The notes: generated by a model not told the origin, from the letters alone. A stretch of DNA of 64,000 nt from an uncultured Actinomycetes bacterium (GCA_963706025.1 CAVPLM010000005.1:352001-416000); one strand, 5' to 3'. Shown: positions 10,442-19,576, numbered from the stretch's first letter. Numbers and translations are program-made.

Positions 10442-11656
10442 GTGGCAACCTACATCTACACAGCCAGGAAGGATCGGGCCGGTTCGTTTTCGGGCGAAGT
10501 GACCGGCGATTCTAAGTCCGCGGTAGTCGCCGAACTGCGACGCAAGGGCTTGACGGTGCTCCGTCTGGAGGAAAAACGGAGCCTGCCGAATATCTCCGAG
10601 CTCTTCGAAAGCTCGATGCGCATCAAGACCCGGGACAAAGCGGTCTTTGCGCGTCAGTTCGCGACCATGATCAACTCGGGGCTCGCGGTACTGCGGGCCT
10701 TGTATGTGCTCGAAGAGCAGACGGGCAATGCCCGTTTCAAGAAGATAATCAAGGCGGTGCAAGAGGATGTCGAGGCGGGCATGCCGCTTTCGGATGCCAT
10801 GAGCAAGCACCCGGCGGCCTTTGACCGTCTCTACGTGTCCATGGTCAGAGCCGGCGAGGCCGGCGGCGCTCTCGACGAGACGTTGATGCGGCTGGCCAAC
10901 CAACTGGAGAAGGACGACAGTCTCCGCCGGGCTGTCAAGTCCGCCATGACCTATCCCATCGTGATAGCGGCGTTCGCGATCATGGTCATGATGGGCATGC
11001 TGCTGTTCATCATCCCTATCTTCGCGAACATGTACAAGGATCTGGGGGGCGAGCTACCGTCGTTGACCCGCATGATGATGGACATCAGCGGCGTGCTCAA
11101 AGGCTATTGGTTCATAGTGTTCCCAGCTCTCATCCTCATGATCTGGGCTCTTGTGCGGCTCAAGAACACCGAGCAGGGCCGACGAGGCTGGGACCGGCTG
11201 AAGCTCAAACTCCCCATGAAAGTGGGGCCGGTCATACAGAAGATCGCCGTGGCCCGCTTCAGTCGGACCCTGGCCACGCTGGTGAGCTCCGGCGTTCCTA
11301 TCCTGCAGGCGATCGAGATCACAGGGAAGACCTCCGGTAACAGCGTGATCGAGGAGTCGATGGTGGACGTCAAGGAAAGCGTGCGCAGCGGTGAATCGAT
11401 CGCGCGGCCACTGGCTCGCGCATCCGTATTCCCCCCGATGGTCACTCAGATGATCTCCATCGGGGAAGAGACCGGGGCACTCGACTCCATGCTCAACAAG
11501 ATCGCCGACTTCTACGAAGACGAGGTCGACGCCGCGGTGAAGGCGCTGACCTCCATCATCGAGCCGATCATGATGGTCTTCGTGGGCGGACTCGTGGGTC
11601 TGATCGTCATCTCCATGTATCTGCCTATGTTCAACATGATGAATCTGGTCAAGTAG
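10442..11656 (+). CDS. pilC: Type IV pilus platform protein PilC (GspF family)
   Basis: FARQFATMINSG, MVRAGEAGG, ARFSRTLATLVSSGVPIL, IGEETGALD, IIEP; SD GGAGG. Confidence 0.95.
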   Translation: MATYIYTARKDRAGSFSGEVTGDSKSAVVAELRRKGLTVLRLEEKRSLPNISELFESSMRIKTRDKAVFARQFATMINSGLAVLRALYVLEEQTGNARFKKIIKAVQEDVEAGMPLSDAMSKHPAAFDRLYVSMVRAGEAGGALDETLMRLANQLEKDDSLRRAVKSAMTYPIVIAAFAIMVMMGMLLFIIPIFANMYKDLGGELPSLTRMMMDISGVLKGYWFIVFPALILMIWALVRLKNTEQGRRGWDRLKLKLPMKVGPVIQKIAVARFSRTLATLVSSGVPILQAIEITGKTSGNSVIEESMVDVKESVRSGESIARPLARASVFPPMVTQMISIGEETGALDSMLNKIADFYEDEVDAAVKALTSIIEPIMMVFVGGLVGLIVISMYLPMFNMMNLVK

Positions 11657-11721
11657 GGAATGGGGCCGGGCATTCGGCGACGAGGCCATCGGCGCCCATC
11701 CCGCAGCTGAGCTGGCTCAAG

Positions 11722-11764
11722 AACTCCGCCGTCGGCCGTGAGGGCCGCCGGCGGAGTTTCCTTT
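11722..11764 (+). terminator. Hairpin terminator downstream of pilC
   Basis: AACTCCGCCG/CGGCGGAGTT stem with inner GGCC stem, followed by TCCTTT. Confidence 0.6.
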
Positions 11765-11796
11765 GTGCGACCCGTTGTGTGGAGCGTCCATTCGTA

Positions 11797-11824
11797 ATGC
11801 ACGATAATGTGCATTATGTAAAGC
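11797..11824. other. dif chromosome-dimer resolution site
   Basis: ATGCACGATAA-TGTGCA-TTATGTAAAGC has 11-6-11 XerC/XerD architecture; AT-rich intergenic position exactly where gene orientation flips. Confidence 0.9.
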
Positions 11825-11981
11825 TAATAAGAACGATGCGCTCTGGCATGCCTTTGAAATACCGGACTCTACCAGGCGTTCGGCCCGCTCCCACCCCATG
11901 AATCTCGGCCGGCGCGAGTAGATGTTTGCCCGCCCCACAGCGTGCGGCCGCAGATCAGCCGCCGGCCGCCTTCAGTCCAAG

Positions 11982-12501
11982 TTAGACGTCGTACTGCAGC
12001 AGACTGATGACGTCATAACCCGCGAGCTTGTCTCTTCCGTGTAGCTCGGTGAGCTCTATGATGAACGCCAACCCGGCCACGATCCCCGCCGGCCCGTTCC
12101 ACCAGCTGTATCTTGGCCCAGGCCGTACCCCCCGTGGCCAGCAGGTCGTCGTGGATCAGGACCCTCTGTCCCGGTTTGATGGCGTCGGCATGCATCTCCA
12201 GCACATCTGTGCCGTACTCGAGGTCGTATTCGCAGCGGCTGACCGTCCACGGGAGCTTCCCCGGTTTGCGCGCTGCGGCGAAACCTACACCCAACGCGTA
12301 GGCCAAAGCAGCCCCGAGAATGAAACCCCTGGCCTCCGCGCCGAGCACGAGATCGACATGCTTGCCCCGCCCGTAGTCGGCCAGTCGGTCTACCGCGTAG
12401 CGCAAGGCCTCAGGATCTTGAAGCATTGGCATGATGTCGTGGAAGAGGATCCCCTCCTTGGGAAACCCGGGAATATGGCGGATGAACCTGTCGAGTTCCA
12501 T
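11982..12501 (-). CDS. apt: Adenine phosphoribosyltransferase (extra G at 12084-12087)
   Basis: [41 protein letters not shown]; removing one G gives [38 protein letters not shown]. Confidence 0.92.
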
Positions 12502-12625
12502 GTGTCTCCTTGCCAAGAAGCGCTGTCAAGACGTGCTGTATAGACGTGCCGCTGAAGCATGCCGAAGCGAAGATGCTGCCTGAGAGAAAGCCTCGGTATC
12601 ACGCGCGCTCGCTCGCAGGATACCC

Positions 12626-13369
12626 TCAAAGGAGATCTCGGAGCTCCTTGAAGAGAAGGAGGTGAAGCAGTTGGGAAAGCAGGGCTCCCAGGTCCTCGAG
12701 CATCCTCTCCCCATACTCTCTTCTGTCCGGGTGGGTGGAGCGCAGGCCGGGAGTAGCGACCTGCTCGAGGAGCGCGGCCTCTCTCTCCACCGAGGAGCTT
12801 AGGAGCCGGAGATTGCGCGGCTCCAGCCCGTAGCGAGCCAACAGGTTACAGATGCGGGCGATCTCAAGGTCGCTGTCGGTCAGAACGGCTCCGGACTGCG
12901 GCGCCGGCCGGTGAATGAGGCGGTACTCGGCCAAAATGCGCAGGAACTGCTCGTCGACGCCCGCGGCTTCGCACGCCTCTTCCCAGGTATAGACGGGCTC
13001 TTCACGCTTGAGCGACGGGCTGCCCCCCCGAGGGGCGGCGGCAGAAGACAGAGGCCGCCCAAGGACAGACGCCGTTCCCCGGTCAAGGCGCTCTCGAATG
13101 ATCTCGAGAGGAAGGTACTCGTCGCGTTGAAGAGCGAGTACTGTGCGCAAACGTCTGACGTCCGAGGCGCTGTACTTCCGGTATCCCCCAGGAGTCCTGA
13201 CCGGTGACAAGAGCCCGCGATCCTCAAGATAGCGGACCTTCGTGATACTGAGATCGGCAAACTCATTCTGCAATTGCTCCACCACTTGACCGATCGTCAG
13301 AAGCCGCTCGGGCTGAGGCTTCGCGCCGGCCGGCTTGTCCGTAGCTGAGGTCCGGACGGGTCTGTTCAT
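12626..13369 (-). CDS. MerR-family regulator, FtsR/Rv1828-like
   Basis: LTIGQVVEQLQNEFADLSITKVRYLEDRGLLSPVRTPGGYRKY, QRDEYLPL, YGLEPRNLR; follows an FHA gene as in the actinobacterial garA-ftsR locus. Confidence 0.85.
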   Translation of the reverse strand: MNRPVRTSATDKPAGAKPQPERLLTIGQVVEQLQNEFADLSITKVRYLEDRGLLSPVRTPGGYRKYSASDVRRLRTVLALQRDEYLPLEIIRERLDRGTASVLGRPLSSAAAPRGGSPSLKREEPVYTWEEACEAAGVDEQFLRILAEYRLIHRPAPQSGAVLTDSDLEIARICNLLARYGLEPRNLRLLSSSVEREAALLEQVATPGLRSTHPDRREYGERMLEDLGALLSQLLHLLLFKELRDLL

Positions 13370-13854
13370 GACTCAGCCCCTTCTGCACCGGTGGGCTCGA
13401 GAAAGGCCAGCTTGAATTTGCCGATCTGTAGCTCGTCGCCGTCAGACATCCGGTGCCGCTCTATCCGTTTGCGATTAACGTATGTGCCGTTGAGGCTGTT
13501 CAAGTCTTCGATCAGATAGCCGTTTTCATCCCGTATCAACCGCGCGTGGTGGCGGGACACCGTCACATCGTCGAGAAACAGGTCGCTGTGCGGGCTGCGG
13601 CCGATAGTGAGAACATCGCTGTCGAACGATATGGTCTCCCCTTCCCTCCCGCCTCCCGTGCGGATGAGAAGAACGGTGTCTTCGCGAGGCCTACTGCGCT
13701 CACCGGCGTCCAGCTCGGTCTCCTCCCGCTCACTGGCCGCATAGGCGATCGTCGTTTCGGACAGGTCGATCGGCGTCAGGCGACTACCGCACCGTCGACA
13801 GAAGATTGAGTCCTCGGTGTTGTGAAAGCCGCACGCGGGACAATCCATCACCAA
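13366..13854 (-). CDS. Zinc-ribbon + FHA domain protein (GarA/OdhI-like)
   Basis: CPACG...FCRRCG ribbon, ETT phospho-motif, TIGR...LDDVTVSRHHA...SLNGTYVN...GDELQIGKFKL. Confidence 0.9.
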   Translation of the reverse strand: MVMDCPACGFHNTEDSIFCRRCGSRLTPIDLSETTIAYAASEREETELDAGERSRPREDTVLLIRTGGGREGETISFDSDVLTIGRSPHSDLFLDDVTVSRHHARLIRDENGYLIEDLNSLNGTYVNRKRIERHRMSDGDELQIGKFKLAFLEPTGAEGAES

Positions 13855-13868
13855 GCCGTGTCCACCTT

Positions 13869-14165
13869 TCAGTCCGAATCGGAGTTCTCGGTGTCGGAAC
13901 CGGTCACCGCACTGTAGCCGGAGAACTGACGCTTGATCTGCTCCTCGATGGCCTTGAGGACCACGGCGTTCTGTAGGATGTCTGTGCGGGTGACTTCGCT
14001 GGTGTGAGCGACGATCTCAGGATCATTCATGATGTCGTCGACATGTCGGCCGAGTCCCAACTGCTTCACCGTATAGCGTATCAACCGCTCTTGTCTAACG
14101 TCGACGGAGAGGTCGCGGAATCGCTTGGGAATGCCGCGGACAGCCGGGCCCACCTGGTCTGCCAT
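13869..14165 (-). CDS. Hypothetical protein (98 aa)
   Basis: ATG-started ORF filling the gap between the RsiG-like and FHA genes, same strand, 6-14 nt spacing. Confidence 0.7.
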   Translation of the reverse strand: MADQVGPAVRGIPKRFRDLSVDVRQERLIRYTVKQLGLGRHVDDIMNDPEIVAHTSEVTRTDILQNAVVLKAIEEQIKRQFSGYSAVTGSDTENSDSD

Positions 14166-14171
14166 CGCCGA

Positions 14172-14459
14172 TCAACCCTCCCCTGAGGGGGTCTTTTTCG
14201 GCGGACGCCGGCTCAACACGTCTGTGAGGGCGTCCACTCCGGCGTCGCTCACGAGATCGGACCCACCCTGGTGCTTGTCGCGGAGTCGTCTTTGAGTCTC
14301 GGCTCTCAGAATATCGATCTGCCCATGAAGCAGGTGTCTCCGCTTCGAGAGCTCGTTTTCCTCTTCGGACAGGCGGCGGCTAAGCTCCTTCAGTTCATCG
14401 TCGGTGTATGCCTGAATATTGACCAGATAGTCAAAGGAGATGTCGTCCAATGCTTCCAC
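14172..14459 (-). CDS. rsiG: RsiG-like c-di-GMP-binding anti-sigma factor (single motif)
   Basis: ENELSKRRHLLHGQIDILRAE fits E-x3-S-x2-R-x3-(Q/H)-x3-D in a coiled coil preceded by TDDELKEL. Confidence 0.75.
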   Translation of the reverse strand: MEALDDISFDYLVNIQAYTDDELKELSRRLSEEENELSKRRHLLHGQIDILRAETQRRLRDKHQGGSDLVSDAGVDALTDVLSRRPPKKTPSGEG

Positions 14460-14465
14460 GCTTTC

Positions 14466-14494
14466 ACTATAACGCCTGGATAATCAACCTTCAA
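14466..14494 (-). promoter_or_regulatory. Sigma-A promoter TTGAAG-N17-TATAGT, probably leaderless for rsiG
   Basis: On the minus strand -10 TATAGT lies 6 nt before the GTG start, with no SD. Confidence 0.65.
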
Positions 14495-14579
14495 CCTTAA
14501 GTGGAGGTGCGGCTCTCCCACCCTCTCTGATGTGGGTCGCGCTCCAGAATGGAGCTCAAGTCGAGGATGAGAGCTCCCC

Positions 14580-14963
14580 CTACTCCTCTTCGGCGATCAG
14601 GTCCTCGTACTCCTCGGCCGTCATCAGGTCATCGACCTCGCCGGGATCGCTGAGGCGTACCTTGATTAACCATCCGTTCTCGAATGGGCTCTCATTGATC
14701 AACTCGGGTGCGTCGACGACCTCCTCGTTGGTCTCCACTACCGAGCCGCTCAGCGGGGCGTACACGTCGGACACTGCCTTGACCGACTCGACCTCGGCGT
14801 AGGGCGTTCCGGCGGTAACGTCCACGCCTACCTCGGGGAGCTCGATGAAGACGATGTCACCGAGGGTTTCCTGGGCGTAGTCGGTGAGGCCAAAAACGGC
14901 CATATCACCGTCTACCCGGGCCCAGTCGTGCTCCCTGTGGTACCTGAGGTTCTTAGGGTTCAC
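14580..14963 (-). CDS. gcvH: Glycine cleavage system H protein
   Basis: YHREHDW, GLTDYAQETLGDIVFIELP, ESVKAVSDVYAP (lipoyl-Lys), INESPFENGWL. Confidence 0.95.
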   Translation of the reverse strand: MNPKNLRYHREHDWARVDGDMAVFGLTDYAQETLGDIVFIELPEVGVDVTAGTPYAEVESVKAVSDVYAPLSGSVVETNEEVVDAPELINESPFENGWLIKVRLSDPGEVDDLMTAEEYEDLIAEEE

Positions 14964-15103
14964 ATGCGCTCCTTTCTCGCCATAATCGGCTGGCGGTCAT
15001 GATAACACAGGGATTTTCTTGCTCATTGTCGAGAGGAGCGCCCGTCACTGACCGCCGGACTGTATAATCCGAACTTGGACGCCCGAATCAAGGGAGGTCG
15101 TGC

Positions 15104-15598
15104 GTGGCACGTCGTAAGGGCCTCGTCATCAGCGATGAACAGATGCGCCTGGTAGACAGCATACTCGCCAAACTGCAGCGCGTCTCTGGATCCACGTTCG
15201 TTGCCATCGTATCGACGAGCGGCCAACCCATAACCACCTCTCCCGCGGATACACACTCCGATACCCTTTCGTTGGCAGCGCTGGCCGCCGGCTCGTTCGC
15301 GGCCACCCGCCAGTTGGCCCAGGCGCTCAACGAACGCGAGTTCACCCTCTTATTCCACGAGGGCCGAGAATCCAATCTTCATGTGGTGCAGGTGACCGAT
15401 CAGGTGCTTCTTTTGGTGACTTTTGGCAAAGGGACGCAAGTAGGGAGGGTCCGGCTCTACACGAGCAGAGCGCTGGCGGTACTCAAGCCCGTATTCGAAG
15501 GTGCCGAAGATACCGGTGGGAACGCGGTGATAATCGACGGCGAATACTCTTCGGAGGCGGGCAAGGCCATCGACGGCCTCTTCCCCGACCCGGACTGA
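15104..15598 (+). CDS. mglB: Roadblock/LC7 protein, MglB-type GAP
   Basis: SLAALAAGSFAATRQLA, EFTLLFHEG, VGRVRL, C-terminal IDGLF helix; TATAAT at 15063-15068 and SD GGGAGGT. Confidence 0.85.
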   Translation: MARRKGLVISDEQMRLVDSILAKLQRVSGSTFVAIVSTSGQPITTSPADTHSDTLSLAALAAGSFAATRQLAQALNEREFTLLFHEGRESNLHVVQVTDQVLLLVTFGKGTQVGRVRLYTSRALAVLKPVFEGAEDTGGNAVIIDGEYSSEAGKAIDGLFPDPD

Positions 15599-15617
15599 CT
15601 TTGGCAAGGGGCGGCGC

Positions 15618-16202
15618 GTGGCACTGATCAATCTGGCTGCACGTGAGATCAACTACAAGATCGTCTATTACGGCTGCGGTCTGTGTGGCAAGACCACCAA
15701 TATCCAGTACATCCACCGACGGGTGAACCCGGCCGCCCGGGGCCGGTTGGTGAGCATCGCCACTGAGGAAGAAAGGACCCTGTACTTCGACTTCCTGCCG
15801 TTGTCGCTAGGAACGGTCCAAGGGTTGCGAACGAGATTCCATCTCTATACCGTCCCAGGGCAGTCGTTCTACAACGCGTCACGGAAGCTCGTTCTCCAGG
15901 GTGTTGACGGGGTAGTGTTCGTGGCCGACAGCCAGGTCTCCCGGCTGGACGAGAACGTCGATAGCTACCTCAATCTGTGGGACAACTTGATGTCCCAGGG
16001 AGACGATCTGAGCAAACTGGGCATGGTCTTGCAGATGAACAAACGTGACCTCAGCGCCATATTCTCGGTGACCGATCTCAACGAGTTGCTCAACCATACC
16101 GACTGCCCGGTGGTCGAGGCTTGCGCCCTCACAGGGGCAGGGGTGTTCGAGACTCTCAAGACCGCCTGCAAGCAGACCATCGCCAAGAGCTCTCAGTTCT
16201 GA
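15618..16202 (+). CDS. mglA: Small Ras-like GTPase MglA
   Basis: [62 protein letters not shown]. Confidence 0.93.
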   Translation: MALINLAAREINYKIVYYGCGLCGKTTNIQYIHRRVNPAARGRLVSIATEEERTLYFDFLPLSLGTVQGLRTRFHLYTVPGQSFYNASRKLVLQGVDGVVFVADSQVSRLDENVDSYLNLWDNLMSQGDDLSKLGMVLQMNKRDLSAIFSVTDLNELLNHTDCPVVEACALTGAGVFETLKTACKQTIAKSSQF

Positions 16203-18709
16203 GCGGAGCGCGCCTCCTCGATGACGGTCTCCAGGATGCTTCTGTAGGTCGCCGCGAGTTCCGCGGACCGTGGGTCGTCACCGGCTTCAGCGTATACGTG
16301 GAAAAGGGGTTCCTCAGCGTCGGGAAGGACCAGAGCCCACTCCGAACGATCGAGGAAGACCTTGATCCCATCGACGAGGGAGACGCGTCCCTCGCGCAGC
16401 TTCTCCGTCATGCGGCGCATCACCGCGCCCTTGAGGTCCCAAGGGCACTGGGATTCGTGGTGACTCACGTGCGCGACCGGCATTCCTCCGATCAGCTGTG
16501 ATAACGGCGCATCGGCGGTCGAGATCACTTCCAGCACCTTGCCCAGGGCGTAGAGGCCGTCCATGGAGGGTAGCACCGAGGGATAGATGTAGCCTCCGTC
16601 GACGCTGGCGGCAAACACGGTATTGGGCCGGGTGGCCTCGGCCATCAGCGCAGCCTTGGAGTACTTGGTGCGCCGGACGGTGAACCCGGTGGAGGCGACC
16701 ACGTGCTCCACCAGACGGGTAGCGTGCAGGGGAAGAGCCACGGCCCCCGAACCTGCCTCCCGTATGGCCTGCTGAAGGAGGAGCAGCAGTAGGGCCGAAT
16801 CGGGCATCAGGTTCCCCTTTTCGTCCACCACGTACAGGTACTCGGCCCCCGGGTCCAGGATTGCCCCCAGATCGGCATCCACGGCGCGCACCAACTCCCC
16901 CACTCGCGCCGCCGCGTGGGGCAGGCTATCGGCGAGCGTGAAGCCCGAGCGCCCACGGGAGGTGGTGTTGAGCGTGATCGTCTCCACCCCCAGCCTGTCG
17001 AGGGTGGCCGAGAAGAAGAAAGCCGGAGCCGAGGCAGAGTAATCCAGCACTAGACGGGGCTGTCGTCCTCGGATAGCTACTGTGTTCCAGTTGTCAAGCA
17101 GCGAGTTCGTGTAGGTCTCTATCGCTCTCGGAGGATAGATGACCTGCCCCATCTCCTCGAAGGCAGCGCGACGGAAGTCCTCTCGGAAATAGAGGTTCTC
17201 GATCGCCCGCTCCTTCTTGCCGTCGAGCGGGACTCCCGGGGATTCCGAGAACAGGATCTCGATCTGCTCGGGGTTCTCCAGACACATCTGTACGTGTATG
17301 CCACCTATCGCGTTACCACTCTTGATGTCGAAGCGGTTGACGGCCAAGGGGGCAATGGTAAGGTCGCGGACGTTCACCCCCGTCGAGTTGAGTCCGCTGA
17401 TGATGGCCCGCTTGAAGACGCGACAGGCGTGGTGAGGGTCCCGGCTGGTGGTGACGTACTTGTCCTGGCCGATGAGGCTCCCATAGGACATGGCCAAACG
17501 CATGGCCATGTCCGGAGTCACGTCCACGTTGGCCAGACCGCGGACGCCGTTGCGGCCGAAGAGCGTGCTGGGGCCTCTCGTCTCCCACACGATAGACGAC
17601 CGCACCGCAGAGCCGGGCTCGATGGTCTTGAAGGGGTAGATCTTGACATTGTTGGCGACCACCGCGTCATGTCCTATGATCGTGCGGTCGCCGATGACGA
17701 CTCCCTCGGCGATATAGGCGTTCTCGTGGACCTCGACCGCGTCGCCGAGCACGGCTCCCTGCACGACTGCGCCCGCGGCCACGTAGACGTTCTCTCCCAA
17801 CACGGACCCACCGACCTGGGCGCCGGTCCGTACCACAACGTTGTCGCCCAAGACCGTATGAGCGGCGATGCGGGCCCCGGGGTCCAGACGCACGTTCTTG
17901 CCGATGACGGCCGGTCCCTCCACGTTCTCCAAGCTGTCGAGAGCCGCTCCCCTGTCCACCCAGATATTGCCGCGCAGTCGGACCCCGGGAGGAGTGAGTC
18001 GCACCTTGCCGTCGAGCGCGTCACGGTTGGCCTGCAAGAATTGCTCGAGGCTCCCGATGTCCTGCCAATAGCCCTCACAGACCATCCCGTAGAGGGGTTT
18101 CCGCATCTCGAAGAGTTTGGGGAATAGATCGTGGCTGAAATCGTAGGGCTGGCCTTCCGGGATGTGGTCGAACACTTCTGGTTCGATGATGTAGATCCCG
18201 GTGTTGACGGTGTCGGAGAAGACCTGCCCCCAACCCGGTTTTTCCAAGAAACGCTGGATCCGGCCCTCCTCATCCACGATCACTACCCCGAACTCCAAGG
18301 GGTTCCCGACGCTCTTGAGCGCGATGGTGACCATGGCCTGCCGCTCCCGGTGGAAGGCGATGACGCTGGTCAGATCGAAGTCCGTGAGCGCGTCTCCACT
18401 GATGACCAGAAAGGTGTCGTCGAGCAGGTCCTTGGCCAGGCGGATAGACCCGGCCGTGCCGGCCGGCGTCTCTTCCACCGTGTAGTCGATGTGCATGCCC
18501 AGGTGGCTACCGTCGCCCAGGAGATTGCGGATGAGTCGAGGCAGGAAGGCCAGGGTGATCACCACCTCGTTGATCCCATGTCTCTGGACCAACTCCAGGA
18601 TGTGCTGGATGGTCGGCTTGTTCACCACGGGGACCATGGGCTTAGGCTGATTGGAGGTCAACGGCCGCAAACGGGTCCCTTGACCGCCTGCCATGACGAC
18701 TGCCTTCAT
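16193..18709 (-). CDS. Mannose-1-phosphate guanylyltransferase fused to phosphomannomutase-like domain
   Basis: [27 protein letters not shown], hexapeptide LbH repeats, C-terminal PGM/PMM fold ([13 protein letters not shown]). Confidence 0.9.
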   Translation of the reverse strand: MKAVVMAGGQGTRLRPLTSNQPKPMVPVVNKPTIQHILELVQRHGINEVVITLAFLPRLIRNLLGDGSHLGMHIDYTVEETPAGTAGSIRLAKDLLDDTFLVISGDALTDFDLTSVIAFHRERQAMVTIALKSVGNPLEFGVVIVDEEGRIQRFLEKPGWGQVFSDTVNTGIYIIEPEVFDHIPEGQPYDFSHDLFPKLFEMRKPLYGMVCEGYWQDIGSLEQFLQANRDALDGKVRLTPPGVRLRGNIWVDRGAALDSLENVEGPAVIGKNVRLDPGARIAAHTVLGDNVVVRTGAQVGGSVLGENVYVAAGAVVQGAVLGDAVEVHENAYIAEGVVIGDRTIIGHDAVVANNVKIYPFKTIEPGSAVRSSIVWETRGPSTLFGRNGVRGLANVDVTPDMAMRLAMSYGSLIGQDKYVTTSRDPHHACRVFKRAIISGLNSTGVNVRDLTIAPLAVNRFDIKSGNAIGGIHVQMCLENPEQIEILFSESPGVPLDGKKERAIENLYFREDFRRAAFEEMGQVIYPPRAIETYTNSLLDNWNTVAIRGRQPRLVLDYSASAPAFFFSATLDRLGVETITLNTTSRGRSGFTLADSLPHAAARVGELVRAVDADLGAILDPGAEYLYVVDEKGNLMPDSALLLLLLQQAIREAGSGAVALPLHATRLVEHVVASTGFTVRRTKYSKAALMAEATRPNTVFAASVDGGYIYPSVLPSMDGLYALGKVLEVISTADAPLSQLIGGMPVAHVSHHESQCPWDLKGAVMRRMTEKLREGRVSLVDGIKVFLDRSEWALVLPDAEEPLFHVYAEAGDDPRSAELAATYRSILETVIEEARSAQN

Positions 18710-18787
18710 CTGGGCCTCCTGCCGGTGCGGGGGATGCGCTCTACACCCTGTCGTACCCATTCTGAAGAATCGGAGAACAACAAAAGG

Positions 18788-18861
18788 TCGGGACGGCCGG
18801 ATTTGAACCGGCGACCTTCCGGCCCCCAGCCGGATGCGCTACCAAACTACGCCACGTCCCG
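18788..18861 (-). tRNA. tRNA-Pro (GGG)
   Basis: CGGGACG acceptor stem, TCCGG-CT-GGG-GG-CCGGA anticodon arm, GGTTCAAATCC T-loop; followed by CC then T. Confidence 0.95.
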
Positions 18862-18919
18862 ACGCGTCCCAGAGTATAGCGCGCCTCCGGGGGGTTGAGC
18901 TATACCAGCACGGCGCCGG

Positions 18920-19576
18920 TCAGGGGATATCCCCTTCCTCCGGACCAGGAGGCGTGGAGACGGGCCGCCTGTTCCAGGGGAAGACGACCCGGGGCTCCTG
19001 CCGTCTCCAGAGCCGGCGGAAGTTGGCCCGGTGGGCCCAGAGGACGGCTGCGGACATGACGCAGGAACCAACGATGTACGGGAGCGGCTGATGAAAGAGC
19101 GCCGCCGTCACCGGCAACATGATGGTGCAGGCGATGGAAGCGATGGAGACGATCCGAGTGGTGAACAAGAGCACGAGATACAGCAGGATCAGCAGGGCCA
19201 TCGGGATGGGCATCATCGCCATGGCGGCTCCGGCTCCCGTCGCCACCCCCTTCCCCCCGCGGCCCCGTAGGAAGAGCGAGTAGTTGTGACCGATCACGCA
19301 GGCGAAGGCCACGAGCACCGTGACCAGAGGGGTGCTCAGGTATCGGGCAACAAGGACCGGGAGGATCCCTTTCAGCAGGTCGGCGAACAGCACCGCCACA
19401 CCCAGGCGAGTGCCCAGGACCCGGAAGGCGTTGGTGGTGCCGGCGTTGCCGCTCCCACGCTCCCGCACGTCGATGCCCTTGAATCGCCTTCCGAGCAGAA
19501 CGCTCGGCGACAGCGAGCCGACCACGTAGCCGAAGGCTACCAGGCCGATCGCCTCCAGCAGAGAGGAGGTGTTCAC
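18920..19576 (-). CDS. plsY: Glycerol-3-phosphate acyltransferase PlsY
   Basis: GYVVGS, GSGNAGTTNAFR, DLLKG, GHNY...GGKGVAT, HRANF. Confidence 0.95.
   Translation of the reverse strand: MNTSSLLEAIGLVAFGYVVGSLSPSVLLGRRFKGIDVRERGSGNAGTTNAFRVLGTRLGVAVLFADLLKGILPVLVARYLSTPLVTVLVAFACVIGHNYSLFLRGRGGKGVATGAGAAMAMMPIPMALLILLYLVLLFTTRIVSIASIACTIMLPVTAALFHQPLPYIVGSCVMSAAVLWAHRANFRRLWRRQEPRVVFPWNRRPVSTPPGPEEGDIP

Noticed and set aside
14580-14963. gcvH without gcvT/gcvP as a novel system
   Set aside because: gcvH upstream of FHA/MerR genes is a common actinobacterial arrangement; partners may lie elsewhere
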